Shown here in pieces: positions 36,156 to 45,821 of a DNA stretch of 64,000 bases. The position numbers and the translations under genes are program-made. Below the pieces are notes generated by a model that was not told the origin of the DNA, ran no database searches, and saw only the letters and a program-made list of their open reading frames with translations. Position 1 is the first letter of the stretch. Each line of letters begins with the position of its first letter. Source of the DNA: a virus (taxonomy: Duplodnaviria > Caudoviricetes); IMG/VR virus record IMGVR_UViG_3300037422_000298. The stretch is one strand, 5' to 3'.

Positions 36156-36911
36156 CTACGGCGTTTCAGTCGAATTACCTTGTCCCCACCCGTGCTTAGC
36201 TAGATGCGCCGCGAAGTCGTTCTCACCGGCCATGATCGCCGCCTCGAACGCGGCTAGCAGGTCATCATCGGTGCCTGGGATCGGCATTCGTCCAGCTGCG
36301 ACGACAAAACGCCAGATCCGTTCGACGCCTGCACTGGTTTCTAGTGGAATTCCAGCTTCTTGTAGCTCGGATTTCGCACCCATCACGGCGTCGTGCGCGT
36401 AGCTTCGATCGTCCATCTCGATGCCGTTGGCGGCAGCCTTCTCGGTGAGCGCTGCAGCCCACCAGGCGAGCCGCGCAGCGCGTACCGCAAGCGGTACAGT
36501 GCCCTCGACCTGCGCCATCGCACGCGCTTCTACGAACTCCAGGTCCCATTGCGCGCGTGCCTCGTCGTCATCGTGGATCGCCTTGCGCCAGTCGGCCCAC
36601 CACTGGTGGTGCTGCAGGAACCGGTCGCTGTCGACAAGCGGCGTGAGCCGCGCTTTGGCGTCTTTCGCCTGCCAATACGCGTCGGAGATGCGTCGACCTT
36701 CGATCTCGCCGGTACGAACGATCTTGGGAATCCCTGCGAACGAACCTGCCGCTTCCGTCGCAAGAGCGATCGCGGCGTCGTGCCCGTCAGGCGGTTTTCG
36801 TCGAGGACGCTTCTCATTCAGGTAGTTCGCAAGTCCGGCAAGCGTCCCGATCGCTGGGCGGACATCCGGCCAAACATCGCCGGTCAACGGTGAGCAGTAC
36901 GCACGAGGCAT
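36156..36911 (-). CDS. Hypothetical helical protein
   Basis: 251-aa ORF. Confidence 0.6.
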   Translation of the reverse strand: MPRAYCSPLTGDVWPDVRPAIGTLAGLANYLNEKRPRRKPPDGHDAAIALATEAAGSFAGIPKIVRTGEIEGRRISDAYWQAKDAKARLTPLVDSDRFLQHHQWWADWRKAIHDDDEARAQWDLEFVEARAMAQVEGTVPLAVRAARLAWWAAALTEKAAANGIEMDDRSYAHDAVMGAKSELQEAGIPLETSAGVERIWRFVVAAGRMPIPGTDDDLLAAFEAAIMAGENDFAAHLAKHGWGQGNSTETP

Positions 36912-36951
36912 GTTCGCATCGTGCGCGCGGCGCGCGGCGTTGTCGAGCGCA

Positions 36952-37281
36952 CTACTGGACGTCGCGGTGAAGCAGTCCGTGCATGTAGCTCTTCATGTCG
37001 CTGAACTTGGGCTGCAGCTCTTCTTCGCAGGCCTTGCAGACTGGGACCTCTTCCCAGATCTCTTCGTCGTGAACGCGGTTCTGGAACACGGCGATACGTC
37101 CCGCCACCAGCTCGACTGCACACTTGCGACAGATGTTGTCCCAGCCGTAGCGCTCTGCGATCTCGTTCGCGAGGCGGTAGTCGTTCGCGAGCGCGGCGGC
37201 CTGGATCGCGTCCCGGATGGCGTCGCCCGTGACACCGCCCTCGTAGATCTCGCGCCCGTACGCATCGTAGAGCAGCGCCAC
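36952..37281 (-). CDS. Hypothetical protein with two CxxC
   Basis: CRKC..CKAC. Confidence 0.55.
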   Translation of the reverse strand: MALLYDAYGREIYEGGVTGDAIRDAIQAAALANDYRLANEIAERYGWDNICRKCAVELVAGRIAVFQNRVHDEEIWEEVPVCKACEEELQPKFSDMKSYMHGLLHRDVQ

Positions 37282-37290
37282 GCGCTGATA

Positions 37291-37734
37291 CTACTCGTCG
37301 GACGGCTTCTCGGGTAGCGGCCGATCGACGGGCGTATCTTCCTCGTCGGGATCCGCGTCGTCGTTCTCGATGTCGGCTTGCTCGACCTTCACGACGTCGC
37401 GCGTGGACGTGCGACCGTACGGCAGCTCTTCGAGCGGGACGCGTACGAGCGGTACCATCTCACCTGTGGGGACGCGAACCGGCGTGATGTCGTCGTCGTT
37501 CACGAACGGCGGCATGACCAGATGCAACATTCGCTCGGGGTGATCGACGGCATCGACGAGAATGAACAGGTCACGGCCTGCATTCACACGAAGACCCGGC
37601 AAGCGCCCGAGCCTTCGCAGCTCATGCACGTTGTTCCAGATCTGCGCGAGCGTCTCGCCCTCGACGCGTGCTTCGGCGTACGCCAGGAACTTTCCGGTGA
37701 TCCGGAAGTACGTGAGCTGGACTCTGTACGCCAT
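37291..37734 (-). CDS. Hypothetical protein, acidic tail
   Basis: 147-aa ORF; TACATT -10 is 6 nt before the ATG. Confidence 0.65.
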   Translation of the reverse strand: MAYRVQLTYFRITGKFLAYAEARVEGETLAQIWNNVHELRRLGRLPGLRVNAGRDLFILVDAVDHPERMLHLVMPPFVNDDDITPVRVPTGEMVPLVRVPLEELPYGRTSTRDVVKVEQADIENDDADPDEEDTPVDRPLPEKPSDE

Positions 37735-37768
37735 GACCTGAATGTAGCGGCGGCTTCGCCGCGAAGCT

Positions 37769-38341
37769 CTAACGCTTCTTCTGCTTCTTTTTGGTCTTCG
37801 TCGTCGGCGAAGAACCGGGCGCCTCCGGCGGCGGCGTCGCTTCGACTTCGTCGAACGAAATCGAAATCTCCTCGTCGAGCGTCGGGCTGGAGTCGCGCGA
37901 CGCCACGACGAGATCGGTCAGCTGCTCCTTGGGCATCACTGCTGTCGGCTCCGGTGCCGTGATCGGTGCAGGTGTTGGTGGCGGCGGCAACGGCGCAGGC
38001 GGCGTAGGCGGTTCCGGCGGCGCGGGAGGGGGCGGCAGCGGTTCCGGCGGTGCGGGAGGGGGCGGCAGCGGCGCCGGAGGAGGGAGCGGCTTCGCGACAG
38101 CTGCAGGTTTCGCGGACGGTGCTGCCGGAGCCATTTGCGCGACCGCGGCAGCCAGATCCTCGACGGAGAGTTTGAAGTAGCGCGCGACCTGCTCCAGCGC
38201 CTCGTCTGGGACGAGATCCGGATCGATGGTCAGGTTCCACATCTGACCGAGACGCCGTAACGTGACCGGCGAACCGGCGAACGTCCTCTTGCGGCTCTCG
38301 ACGTACGCAGCGAGGGCTTGGGTCTTCACGGAGTGCGCCAT
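37769..38341 (-). CDS. Proline-rich protein
   Basis: PLPPPPAPPE repeats; ATG 38341 is 6 nt after TACCGT beside palindrome 38358-38375. Confidence 0.7.
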   Translation of the reverse strand: MAHSVKTQALAAYVESRKRTFAGSPVTLRRLGQMWNLTIDPDLVPDEALEQVARYFKLSVEDLAAAVAQMAPAAPSAKPAAVAKPLPPPAPLPPPPAPPEPLPPPPAPPEPPTPPAPLPPPPTPAPITAPEPTAVMPKEQLTDLVVASRDSSPTLDEEISISFDEVEATPPPEAPGSSPTTKTKKKQKKR

Positions 38342-38377
38342 ACCCCAACGGTACACCCGATCGCTCGCGCGATCGAG

Positions 38378-39040
38378 TTACCGCGAACGGCGGTCATACC
38401 GCGAGATCACGAACACGGCGACACCAGCCAGCGCGAGACCGCCGATGACCGCTCCCACGATCTTGGCGCGATTTGAAATGCCGACGGGCTCTACCGACGT
38501 CACCTCCAACTGGATCTGTACCGCTTGCAGATTCTTGAGCGCGTCCTGTGCAGCCGCTGCCGTCGGACGTATCGACGGCGGCCCCAGTTGATCGATCAAG
38601 GCCTTGAGCAGCAACAAGGCGCGCTGTCGAACCTCTGGCTGCGTCGTCCTCGAAAAATTGTCGACGATGCCTTGAATCGCCTGACCGTAGAACCCGGCGG
38701 TTCCTGTATCAGGGATCTGGCCGCCGCGTACCGCAGCGTCAACCGACGCCGTCAGCGTACTGACTGCCAGATCAGGATTCGTCCTGGCGTGCTCGCGAAG
38801 CGCGAGCACCAGACCGGTAGGGATCTCTGCTAGCGGCGAAAACGGTGCGGGTAGCAACGCGTCGACAACCACACGCAGTGTCCGCTCGTTCGGTGGCGTC
38901 ACGAATAGCAGCGCATCGACGAGCTTCTTCGTGTCGTTGATGGTGGTGCCGCACTTCGGCGGAAACTGCGGGATCGCGTTCTTACCGAATTCACGCGTCT
39001 GCGTCAGGCACGCTACAAAGTTATCGACCGCGTCCGCCAC
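38378..39040 (-). CDS. C-terminally anchored membrane protein, HAxxNPD family paralog 1
   Basis: LREHARTNPDLA..GFY; C-terminal TM plus RRSR; GTG is 6 nt after TACTTT beside palindrome 39057-39074. Confidence 0.75.
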   Translation of the reverse strand: MADAVDNFVACLTQTREFGKNAIPQFPPKCGTTINDTKKLVDALLFVTPPNERTLRVVVDALLPAPFSPLAEIPTGLVLALREHARTNPDLAVSTLTASVDAAVRGGQIPDTGTAGFYGQAIQGIVDNFSRTTQPEVRQRALLLLKALIDQLGPPSIRPTAAAAQDALKNLQAVQIQLEVTSVEPVGISNRAKIVGAVIGGLALAGVAVFVISRYDRRSR

Positions 39041-39091
39041 GTTGATAAAGTACACCCGATCGCGTCCGCGATCGACGTGCCTTCGTGACAG

Positions 39092-39862
39092 CTATCGGGA
39101 TCGCCGTACTCGGCCTTGTCGGATTTGGTCTTCTACTCGGCGCCGCAAGGGCCCTGCGCTGAGCGCGTATGCGCGCCGCGGCGTCCTTCGTGCGAAGTAC
39201 CAAATCAACAACGCACTACTACTGACGAGCGCGACACCCGTCAACGCAAGCACGACGGTTCGAGCGCGCGACATACGCGCTTCGGGCGATCCCGGTGCGG
39301 GCGTCGGCTCTGGGATCGGCGTCGGCGTCGGCGTCGGCGTGGGCGTCGGTGTCGGCGTTGACTCTGCAAGTTTGGGAAGTGCTTCTCGCGCGATCTTTGC
39401 GGTGTCCGGCAGTGTCCCCGACAGATCTGCGAGCGACTTGACGAACAGTCGTGCCTTCGTCTTGATGTCCGCGCCGACAGCCTTTGGAAAGTTCTCGACG
39501 ACGCCTGCGATCGGCTCGGCGAAAAACCCGTCGATGACGAAGCCCGTCGTATCACGGAGGTACAGCTCCATGATGTTCAAGAGGTGCTGGATCGCGACGT
39601 CAGGATTCGCCGCTGCATGGCGCCGCAACGCGCCGATGAATGAACTTGGGTAGAACTGATTCTGCGCACCGCGCGGCCCCGACGGTCCTTGCAGAATCCC
39701 TTCAGCCATGAGGTTCAATGCGCGAAGGTTCGGTGGAGTGATCTGCTCGACCGCTTCCGGGGTAATGCCCGCACAACCGGTGATGCCTGATCCAGAAAAG
39801 CCGATTTTCACGCACTCTTCGAGTGCGTTCAGTGTATCGGTCGTGGCGTCACCGAAACGCAT
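39092..39862 (-). CDS. C-terminally anchored membrane protein, HAxxNPD family paralog 2
   Basis: LRRHAAANPDVA..GFF; (TP)n linker; TM; Arg-rich tail. Confidence 0.75.
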   Translation of the reverse strand: MRFGDATTDTLNALEECVKIGFSGSGITGCAGITPEAVEQITPPNLRALNLMAEGILQGPSGPRGAQNQFYPSSFIGALRRHAAANPDVAIQHLLNIMELYLRDTTGFVIDGFFAEPIAGVVENFPKAVGADIKTKARLFVKSLADLSGTLPDTAKIAREALPKLAESTPTPTPTPTPTPTPIPEPTPAPGSPEARMSRARTVVLALTGVALVSSSALLIWYFARRTPRRAYALSAGPLRRRVEDQIRQGRVRRSR

Positions 39863-39865
39863 CGT

Positions 39866-40810
39866 TCAGAAGCTGGACTTGGAACGCGCTGTCGCCTTCG
39901 GCAACGACGACCGCGACTGCTTGTAGCGATAGAGCATGTAGCCGCCGACGCCAACCGCAGCGACCGTCGCGACGATCCCGATGATCCCGAAGAATCCGAG
40001 TCCAGCGCCCGGTTTTGATGGATCGATGGCAGTGCCCGCGACGCCCTTGAGCACGGCGACTGCCGCAGCGTTCGCTTCCGCAGTGCACTTTGAATGCACC
40101 GCAGGATCTGTCGAAGTGCCGACACACTTGGCGACCAGCGTAGTCAGCGCCTCGAACGCCTTCAAGTTGATCGCGGCGAGCGCCTGCTGGCGTTCGGCGT
40201 CGGCGCGCGCGACTTCAACCTTGCCGCGCTCCTTGGTCACGGCGACCGTCACGAGAACGACCGTGGCGGCCGTGAGCGCCAGACCGATCAGGAAGGCTAC
40301 GACCGGCGCGAGTCCGAGCCCCGACGGCGCGCTCCACATCCAGTCGTTGATGTCGCCATCGTGGAGTGCGCCTTCGAGCGTGCCGACCTTCTCGTGACCC
40401 ACGGGACCGTACTTCACGGTGATCTGCGACAGTCGAACCGGCTGCGTCGGTGTCGTCAAGACGGCGCCCCAACCACCCCAACCGGTCGTCGGCGTCGCCA
40501 CGCCGATTTCTGGCGGGAACACCGGCACGGCGTTCGCGTCGAAGCGATCTGCGGCAGGCGTTTCTTCGTAGGCTTTCTTCCACACTTCAGCAGCTGCCAC
40601 GAAGCCGTTACGGGCATCCGTGTAGCTCTGAATCAGCTCCGGCGCGATCGTTTGGTTCGGCGCGATTGCACTGAGCTGCGCGAGCTTGCTGAATGCGAGC
40701 TTGAGCTTGGCTTCTGCATCAGCGAGAACGTCAGCCAGGGCCGCTGTTTGCGGGTCGAGAGGGGTAGGCGTGGTCTGACCAAGGCCGTACGCGAGCTGGG
40801 AGACGAACAT
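39866..40810 (-). CDS. Two-TM putative virion membrane protein
   Basis: N-terminal YGLGQ, internal and C-terminal TM, basic tail; leaderless palindrome promoter 40817-40844. Confidence 0.75.
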   Translation of the reverse strand: MFVSQLAYGLGQTTPTPLDPQTAALADVLADAEAKLKLAFSKLAQLSAIAPNQTIAPELIQSYTDARNGFVAAAEVWKKAYEETPAADRFDANAVPVFPPEIGVATPTTGWGGWGAVLTTPTQPVRLSQITVKYGPVGHEKVGTLEGALHDGDINDWMWSAPSGLGLAPVVAFLIGLALTAATVVLVTVAVTKERGKVEVARADAERQQALAAINLKAFEALTTLVAKCVGTSTDPAVHSKCTAEANAAAVAVLKGVAGTAIDPSKPGAGLGFFGIIGIVATVAAVGVGGYMLYRYKQSRSSLPKATARSKSSF

Positions 40811-40847
40811 GCCGCCAAACTATCATGGATCGCTCGCGCGATCGAGG

Positions 40848-41576
40848 TCAGCGCCGACGTCGACGAGCCAACGCGGGCGCCGCACGGGGCGCGGATAGCC
40901 CCGCAGCGAGCAGTCCAATCGCGGCAGTTCCCACGACGAGTCCGAGCCCGACCGCGACCGCGAACGTCTTTTGTCGTTTCGTTTGATCATCAGTCGTCGC
41001 AGACACGAACGGCGTGGTCGTATCGGGTGTCGGTTGTTGTGGCGCCGCGATCGGCTCGCCGAGGTCCGTCAGAATTTTCGCCGCGCGTTGTGCGGGATCT
41101 GTCAAGTCGGTCGCCGCGGCAACGCGCTGAAGTGCCGCCACGATGCGTGCGCGCAGATCCGCTGACGGTGGCGGCGTAACACGTATCGCGACACGCGCAT
41201 CGAGACCGTCGACGGCGTGCGACAAGAAACCGTCCGGGCCTGCGTTCGCCCGTGCGAGCGTGCCTTCGTTCAGTAGCAGATCGATGCCTTGCAGAAGCAG
41301 CTCGGCCGCGAGGTCGGGGTCTGCGTCGGCGTGAATGCGAATGACATCCGGGGCGAACGACGTCTCCAAGAATGGATTCGGCCCGGCAGGACCGCGCGCG
41401 AACGCTTGGCCGATCAACTCCAGCACGCGGCGGTCTGCCGTCAACGTCGACGGCGTCAGGTCGACCATGACTTTCGAGAACGTTGGACGGCATGCGATGG
41501 GATCCGCTACGCACGCCGTGAGCGCCGTAACGACCGTGTTGACGTCGAAAGCCTGGCCGAATTGCGCGAAGATCAC
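40848..41576 (-). CDS. C-terminally anchored membrane protein, HAxxNPD family paralog 3
   Basis: IRIHADADPDLA..GFL; TM plus RRRRR; palindrome promoter 41583-41608. Confidence 0.75.
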   Translation of the reverse strand: MIFAQFGQAFDVNTVVTALTACVADPIACRPTFSKVMVDLTPSTLTADRRVLELIGQAFARGPAGPNPFLETSFAPDVIRIHADADPDLAAELLLQGIDLLLNEGTLARANAGPDGFLSHAVDGLDARVAIRVTPPPSADLRARIVAALQRVAAATDLTDPAQRAAKILTDLGEPIAAPQQPTPDTTTPFVSATTDDQTKRQKTFAVAVGLGLVVGTAAIGLLAAGLSAPRAAPALARRRRR

Positions 41577-41646
41577 GTCGCAATCCTACACGATCGCGCG
41601 AGCGATCGGCTTCTATCACGCCTCCGGCGATGGCATACTGCCCGGT

Positions 41647-41988
41647 ATGGCTCGACGCCGCAAAGCCGATGTGAAGAAGACCTTGCTATGTGCGACGCGG
41701 TTCTGGTCGATCGGTTGGCGCGAACACGACAACCGAACCGCGACCTCGTCGAGCGGTGTACGGCATGTCGTGCGGAAGCAGGGCTTCACGACTGGTGAGA
41801 TCAATCGCGCCGAGCGTGAACTGATCCGCGAGGGCAAGCTCGAAGTCAGCGGCAAGAAACACGGCAAGACGCTGCGCTTGACGGATGCGGGCAACCGTGT
41901 GAGTTGTTCGAGCGTTCGACTCGCGCCGTGGACAGACGATCAGTATCCTGGTGCGGCGTTGACATCCCGTCGACGCAAACGGCGTTAA
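41647..41988 (+). CDS. Basic winged-helix-like protein
   Basis: MARRRK..LIREGKLEV..LRLTDAG..RRRKRR. Confidence 0.55.
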   Translation: MARRRKADVKKTLLCATRFWSIGWREHDNRTATSSSGVRHVVRKQGFTTGEINRAERELIREGKLEVSGKKHGKTLRLTDAGNRVSCSSVRLAPWTDDQYPGAALTSRRRKRR

Positions 41989-42023
41989 CACGATCGCTCG
42001 CGCGATCGTGGTATCGTCGAGCC

Positions 42024-42419
42024 ATGAAGCGCTTGTTCCTGTTCGTCGCCTTCGCGATCGGCCTCGGCACCACCAACGCGAGCTGTCCCGGACCCGGACC
42101 TGGACCAGTTCCCGTCGTCGTCAACGCGATCGTCGACTGCACGCTACAGAACCAGTCGCAGATCACGGCGTTGATCGGCGAGTTCAAGACGCTCCTCGTC
42201 GGACAGCTTCCCGACTGGAAGGCGATCTACCAACGCGCCAAGAACGCGGGCAAGGCAATCGGCGGCTGCGCGCTCGCCGAGCTGGTGCAGGACTACCTCG
42301 GCAACAAGAGCGCACCACCACCGCAAGCCGACAGTTGGAACGCGTTCCAGGCGCTCGAACGGTTCCGCCGTGAAGAGGCAGGCAACGCGACGTTCAAGAC
42401 GGCGAAGGGCGACTTGTGA
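42024..42419 (+). CDS. Putative lipoprotein
   Basis: MKR, hydrophobic core, NASC lipobox-like; ATG is 6 nt after TGG-TATCGT beside palindrome 41991-42008. Confidence 0.65.
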   Translation: MKRLFLFVAFAIGLGTTNASCPGPGPGPVPVVVNAIVDCTLQNQSQITALIGEFKTLLVGQLPDWKAIYQRAKNAGKAIGGCALAELVQDYLGNKSAPPPQADSWNAFQALERFRREEAGNATFKTAKGDL

Positions 42420-42976
42420 AACGTCGCCGCCGTCGTCAGCTCGGCGATCAGATCGTCAACGGTACGGCGTATCGCGACGAGACCGACCCGCGTGTGATCA
42501 ACATCCTCGAAGCAGCGCGTAGCGGGCCTGACTTCGCGATTCGCAGTACGGACGTCGCGCGCGGCGAGCGCATCTGTGTTCGCTACGGCGATACAGAAAC
42601 CGGTCGTGACTGGGGCGACCCGCCGATGTGCGGCAGGATCGGTCGTAGTCAAGGCACGCCAGGTCGGGACTACACAAACAGGATTCCGTTGCTCATCAAG
42701 AGCAAGCGCAGCATGGGCGGCGAAGCGATCCTCGATCACAAGATCATTCGCATCACACGCAGCGCCAAACCCAAGCATAAGCACGGCGTAAAGTACGTCC
42801 TGTTCGAGCACCCGAAGTATCACTATTCAGAGGGCGAACATGCCGAGCAGATCGAACAGATCGCGAAGGACGTCGACAAGGAGGCCCGCGACGCCGCCCG
42901 TCGCGGCGATAGGCCGCGCGCTGAGGAGCTGCGTGTGAAAGCGCGCGAGATCCGGCGGCAGAAGTGGAACCCATGA
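42416..42976 (+). CDS. Basic hypothetical protein
   Basis: MKRRRRRQLGDQ..; coupled to neighbours. Confidence 0.65.
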   Translation: MKRRRRRQLGDQIVNGTAYRDETDPRVINILEAARSGPDFAIRSTDVARGERICVRYGDTETGRDWGDPPMCGRIGRSQGTPGRDYTNRIPLLIKSKRSMGGEAILDHKIIRITRSAKPKHKHGVKYVLFEHPKYHYSEGEHAEQIEQIAKDVDKEARDAARRGDRPRAEELRVKAREIRRQKWNP

Positions 42977-43230
42977 AGAAACGACAGCTCGGCGAGAAAG
43001 TTCACTGGCGAGCGGTCCGCGGCGGCCAGGACGCAGCACGCGCCTTCACCAAGGTCGGTCGCTGCATGGTGGTCTCCGAGGTCAATCCCAACCCACCCGA
43101 GACGTCCAAGCCGTATCGCTGGTACATCGTCGAGCGCGGCACGAATCGCGTGCTGGATGCTGGTTCGACGAACACCATGCAGGCCAACCGCGCGACGGCC
43201 GTCTCGCGTGCACGTGGACGTTGCCGATAG
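42973..43230 (+). CDS. Small basic hypothetical protein
   Basis: MKKRQLGEK..; ATGA overlap. Confidence 0.55.
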   Translation: MKKRQLGEKVHWRAVRGGQDAARAFTKVGRCMVVSEVNPNPPETSKPYRWYIVERGTNRVLDAGSTNTMQANRATAVSRARGRCR

Positions 43231-43242
43231 GCACGCACGCAG

Positions 43243-44094
43243 ATGTTCGCGTTCGGGCTACCCACCACGCACGTTCTCCGTGATCTCACGAACGAGGTCT
43301 GGATACAGGACAACTGGGACACGCGACTCATTCTTGCAGACGCTTACGAAGAGCTGGGACGCCCTGACATTGCAGCGCTGTGGCGCGACGAGCTACCGCG
43401 TTACCGTCGACGAAAGCGCATCGACAAGCTCTCCGACGACGAATTCGAGCAGATCGCCAGGAACATGAAGTGGTACGTGCAAAACGTCCAGCTTCGAACC
43501 GGACCGAGCGACGAACAACTCGCGCTCGCGGCGATCGGTTGCCTGTACCGTGCGGCGGCACGGCGTCAAGGCGAGAACGTCATCTATCCGCGCGTCGTAT
43601 GGTTTCCGGCTCCGAACGTTGTCCGTCACAACCTCGTCGACGCTAACGGGGAGCGCCGTGTCGATCTCGGTGACACGATCTGGTACGCGAGCCGCACGTG
43701 GGATCGCAACCTCTCGGAGCGCACCGAGCGCCTGATCTACAACGACTATCAACGGTTCAGTCGACGATACAGTGATGCTACGTACGCCGCAGGCAACGAC
43801 GAAAACATGAACTTGAGCGGCGGCCTCAGTGGTGGGCAATTCAACTGGCAGCTCCTCACGACCGCGTCGACCATCGACGTGTTCCGGCTCTATCAAGGCA
43901 CTGAGGGGGACGGCGACAACAACGAGCTGAGCCTGCGCGCGAGCTTGACATTGATCCGTTGCACGCCGTTCTACTACGCGTTCGAGCGCGCCTGCGTCTT
44001 GTCGCAGCACCCGACGATCATCGATGCCGACCAGCCACGATGGGCGTGGCTCGATGGCGCCAACAACCCTCACCAGTGGCCAACAACACGATGA
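43243..44094 (+). CDS. Protein with TIGR02996-like N-terminal motif
   Basis: DTRLILADAYEELG resembles RLVYADWLEExG. Confidence 0.55.
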   Translation: MFAFGLPTTHVLRDLTNEVWIQDNWDTRLILADAYEELGRPDIAALWRDELPRYRRRKRIDKLSDDEFEQIARNMKWYVQNVQLRTGPSDEQLALAAIGCLYRAAARRQGENVIYPRVVWFPAPNVVRHNLVDANGERRVDLGDTIWYASRTWDRNLSERTERLIYNDYQRFSRRYSDATYAAGNDENMNLSGGLSGGQFNWQLLTTASTIDVFRLYQGTEGDGDNNELSLRASLTLIRCTPFYYAFERACVLSQHPTIIDADQPRWAWLDGANNPHQWPTTR

Positions 44095-44501
44095 GTCGCC
44101 CGTACATCTGCAAGATCCGCACAGATCGGCTACGCAAGCTGAGCATTCAACGCTTGCGAAGGACGCAGGCCGTTATCTCGCACCTGTCTGAAGACGCTTG
44201 GGAGACAGGCGCGGATCTGGCGTCGAGGCTCGTGACGGAACTCGAACAGGAAAAACTTTGGCGATTCAACGCCGAGAGGGCGACCAGCCCAGGTGACCGT
44301 CAGGCATATCAACGGTTCGCTGACCAAGCATCTGCCGACGCCAAGAAGCTCGAACATAAAATCTGGAACAGGCAGATGACGACAGGCTGCAAGATCCCAG
44401 AGTACGAACAGGTCGCACGCGACGCTGATCGCGAAGGTCAGCACATCACCGCCGAAGTAATTCGCAAACAGCGCAGCTTCGGTCGCCGGAGGCGAACATG
44501 A
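44091..44501 (+). CDS. Hypothetical helical protein
   Basis: Coupled at both ends; ends SFGRRRRT. Confidence 0.55.
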   Translation: MSRPYICKIRTDRLRKLSIQRLRRTQAVISHLSEDAWETGADLASRLVTELEQEKLWRFNAERATSPGDRQAYQRFADQASADAKKLEHKIWNRQMTTGCKIPEYEQVARDADREGQHITAEVIRKQRSFGRRRRT

Positions 44502-45259
44502 TCGGCAAGCTCGGTCGTTCAGAAACTTCACGGCGCGATCTGCGCACGCTGTGGTACGGACGCTACGCATCTGGACCTGGCTACACAGCGCCGCCGCCGC
44601 TCGACGACTGGACGGGCCCTACGGGCGACTACAGTTGGCTGGGCAACGATCGCGTCGGCTGCTGTACGCGTGCTTGCTATGGCCACATCGTGCAGCAACG
44701 CTGCGCGCGGCTCGACGTCCCGTGCACGTTGACCGAAGATGATGTCCTCAAAGCCTACAAGGACGGCACCGGCTGGGATGGCGTACCAGGCTCGTTCTCC
44801 GATCGCGGTGACATGATCATCAACGCGCTCGTGCAGATGAAGAACGTCGGGCTCGGCGACTACAAGATCTCGCAGTTCGGTCGCGTCAACCACAACGACA
44901 CCATCGAGATGCGCGCCGCGCTACACCTGTTCGGGTCGCTGATCATCGGCGCGAGCTTACCAGAGGCAATCCGCCGTCAGGGCAACGCGTGGGACGTCGG
45001 CGAACCCGGTCAGCGCCAGCCCGACGACGCACCCGGCTCGGCAGGCGGCCACGCGTTCATCCTGACGGGTCACCAGCGTGGCAAGTGGTGGTCGATGCCG
45101 TGGATCACGAAGACGACGATCACGTACGCGTGGGACGACCTCTACATCGACGAAGCGTGGTTCGTCGTCGATGATCTGTGGGTGACACAGAATCGTGCCG
45201 CGCCGAACGGTTTCGACCTAGCGCGGCTACAAGCTGACGCGGCAGCAATCGCGGCCTGA
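44498..45259 (+). CDS. Papain-like (C1-type) cysteine peptidase
   Basis: LGNDRVGCCTRA (catalytic Cys), GGHAFILTG (His), YIDEAW. Confidence 0.7.
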   Translation: MIGKLGRSETSRRDLRTLWYGRYASGPGYTAPPPLDDWTGPTGDYSWLGNDRVGCCTRACYGHIVQQRCARLDVPCTLTEDDVLKAYKDGTGWDGVPGSFSDRGDMIINALVQMKNVGLGDYKISQFGRVNHNDTIEMRAALHLFGSLIIGASLPEAIRRQGNAWDVGEPGQRQPDDAPGSAGGHAFILTGHQRGKWWSMPWITKTTITYAWDDLYIDEAWFVVDDLWVTQNRAAPNGFDLARLQADAAAIAA

Positions 45260-45260
45260 C

Positions 45261-45803
45261 ATGCGTGAATGGTGGCTATGGCGTACCAAACCGGCGCCGA
45301 AAGGTGTCGCGAAAGTCGTCGAGACGTTCAATCTGCCGATGGCTTATCAGCATGGTGCGTACCGCTTCGAGAACAGCCTTGTCGAGGTCGTGTTACCGGC
45401 AATCCACAGCGATGATCGAAGCGACGTGTACACCCATCGACCGGTCGGCGGCATGTTGACGATCGACATCTATCAGCAGCCTCGCGTGCTCCATCGACGC
45501 CGTCGCAACGTCTCCAGTCGAAGGTTTCTACTGACGCCGTCGTTGTACATCTTCGTCGACCTGCGCGAGTTCTACCCGGACTTCAGACTACAACACGGCC
45601 ATCCGCTACTTTGGATCCAACCGGAGATCTTCAACCTGACGGGTGAGATCTACCAAGGTAACGCAGTGGATAAGCTACTGCCGATCAGCTTCCAAGAGCT
45701 GCAAGACTTCGCGCAGACAAACGAAGCTGGCGGTTTCATCTTGGCGGCGTTGGACTCTTTCATGCAGTCCGGCCAACGCGTCGACGCGCGATTCCGACCT
45801 TGA
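45261..45803 (+). CDS. Hypothetical protein
   Basis: 180-aa ORF ending the operon. Confidence 0.55.
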   Translation: MREWWLWRTKPAPKGVAKVVETFNLPMAYQHGAYRFENSLVEVVLPAIHSDDRSDVYTHRPVGGMLTIDIYQQPRVLHRRRRNVSSRRFLLTPSLYIFVDLREFYPDFRLQHGHPLLWIQPEIFNLTGEIYQGNAVDKLLPISFQELQDFAQTNEAGGFILAALDSFMQSGQRVDARFRP

Positions 45804-45821
45804 GCTACTCGACCCGCTTGG

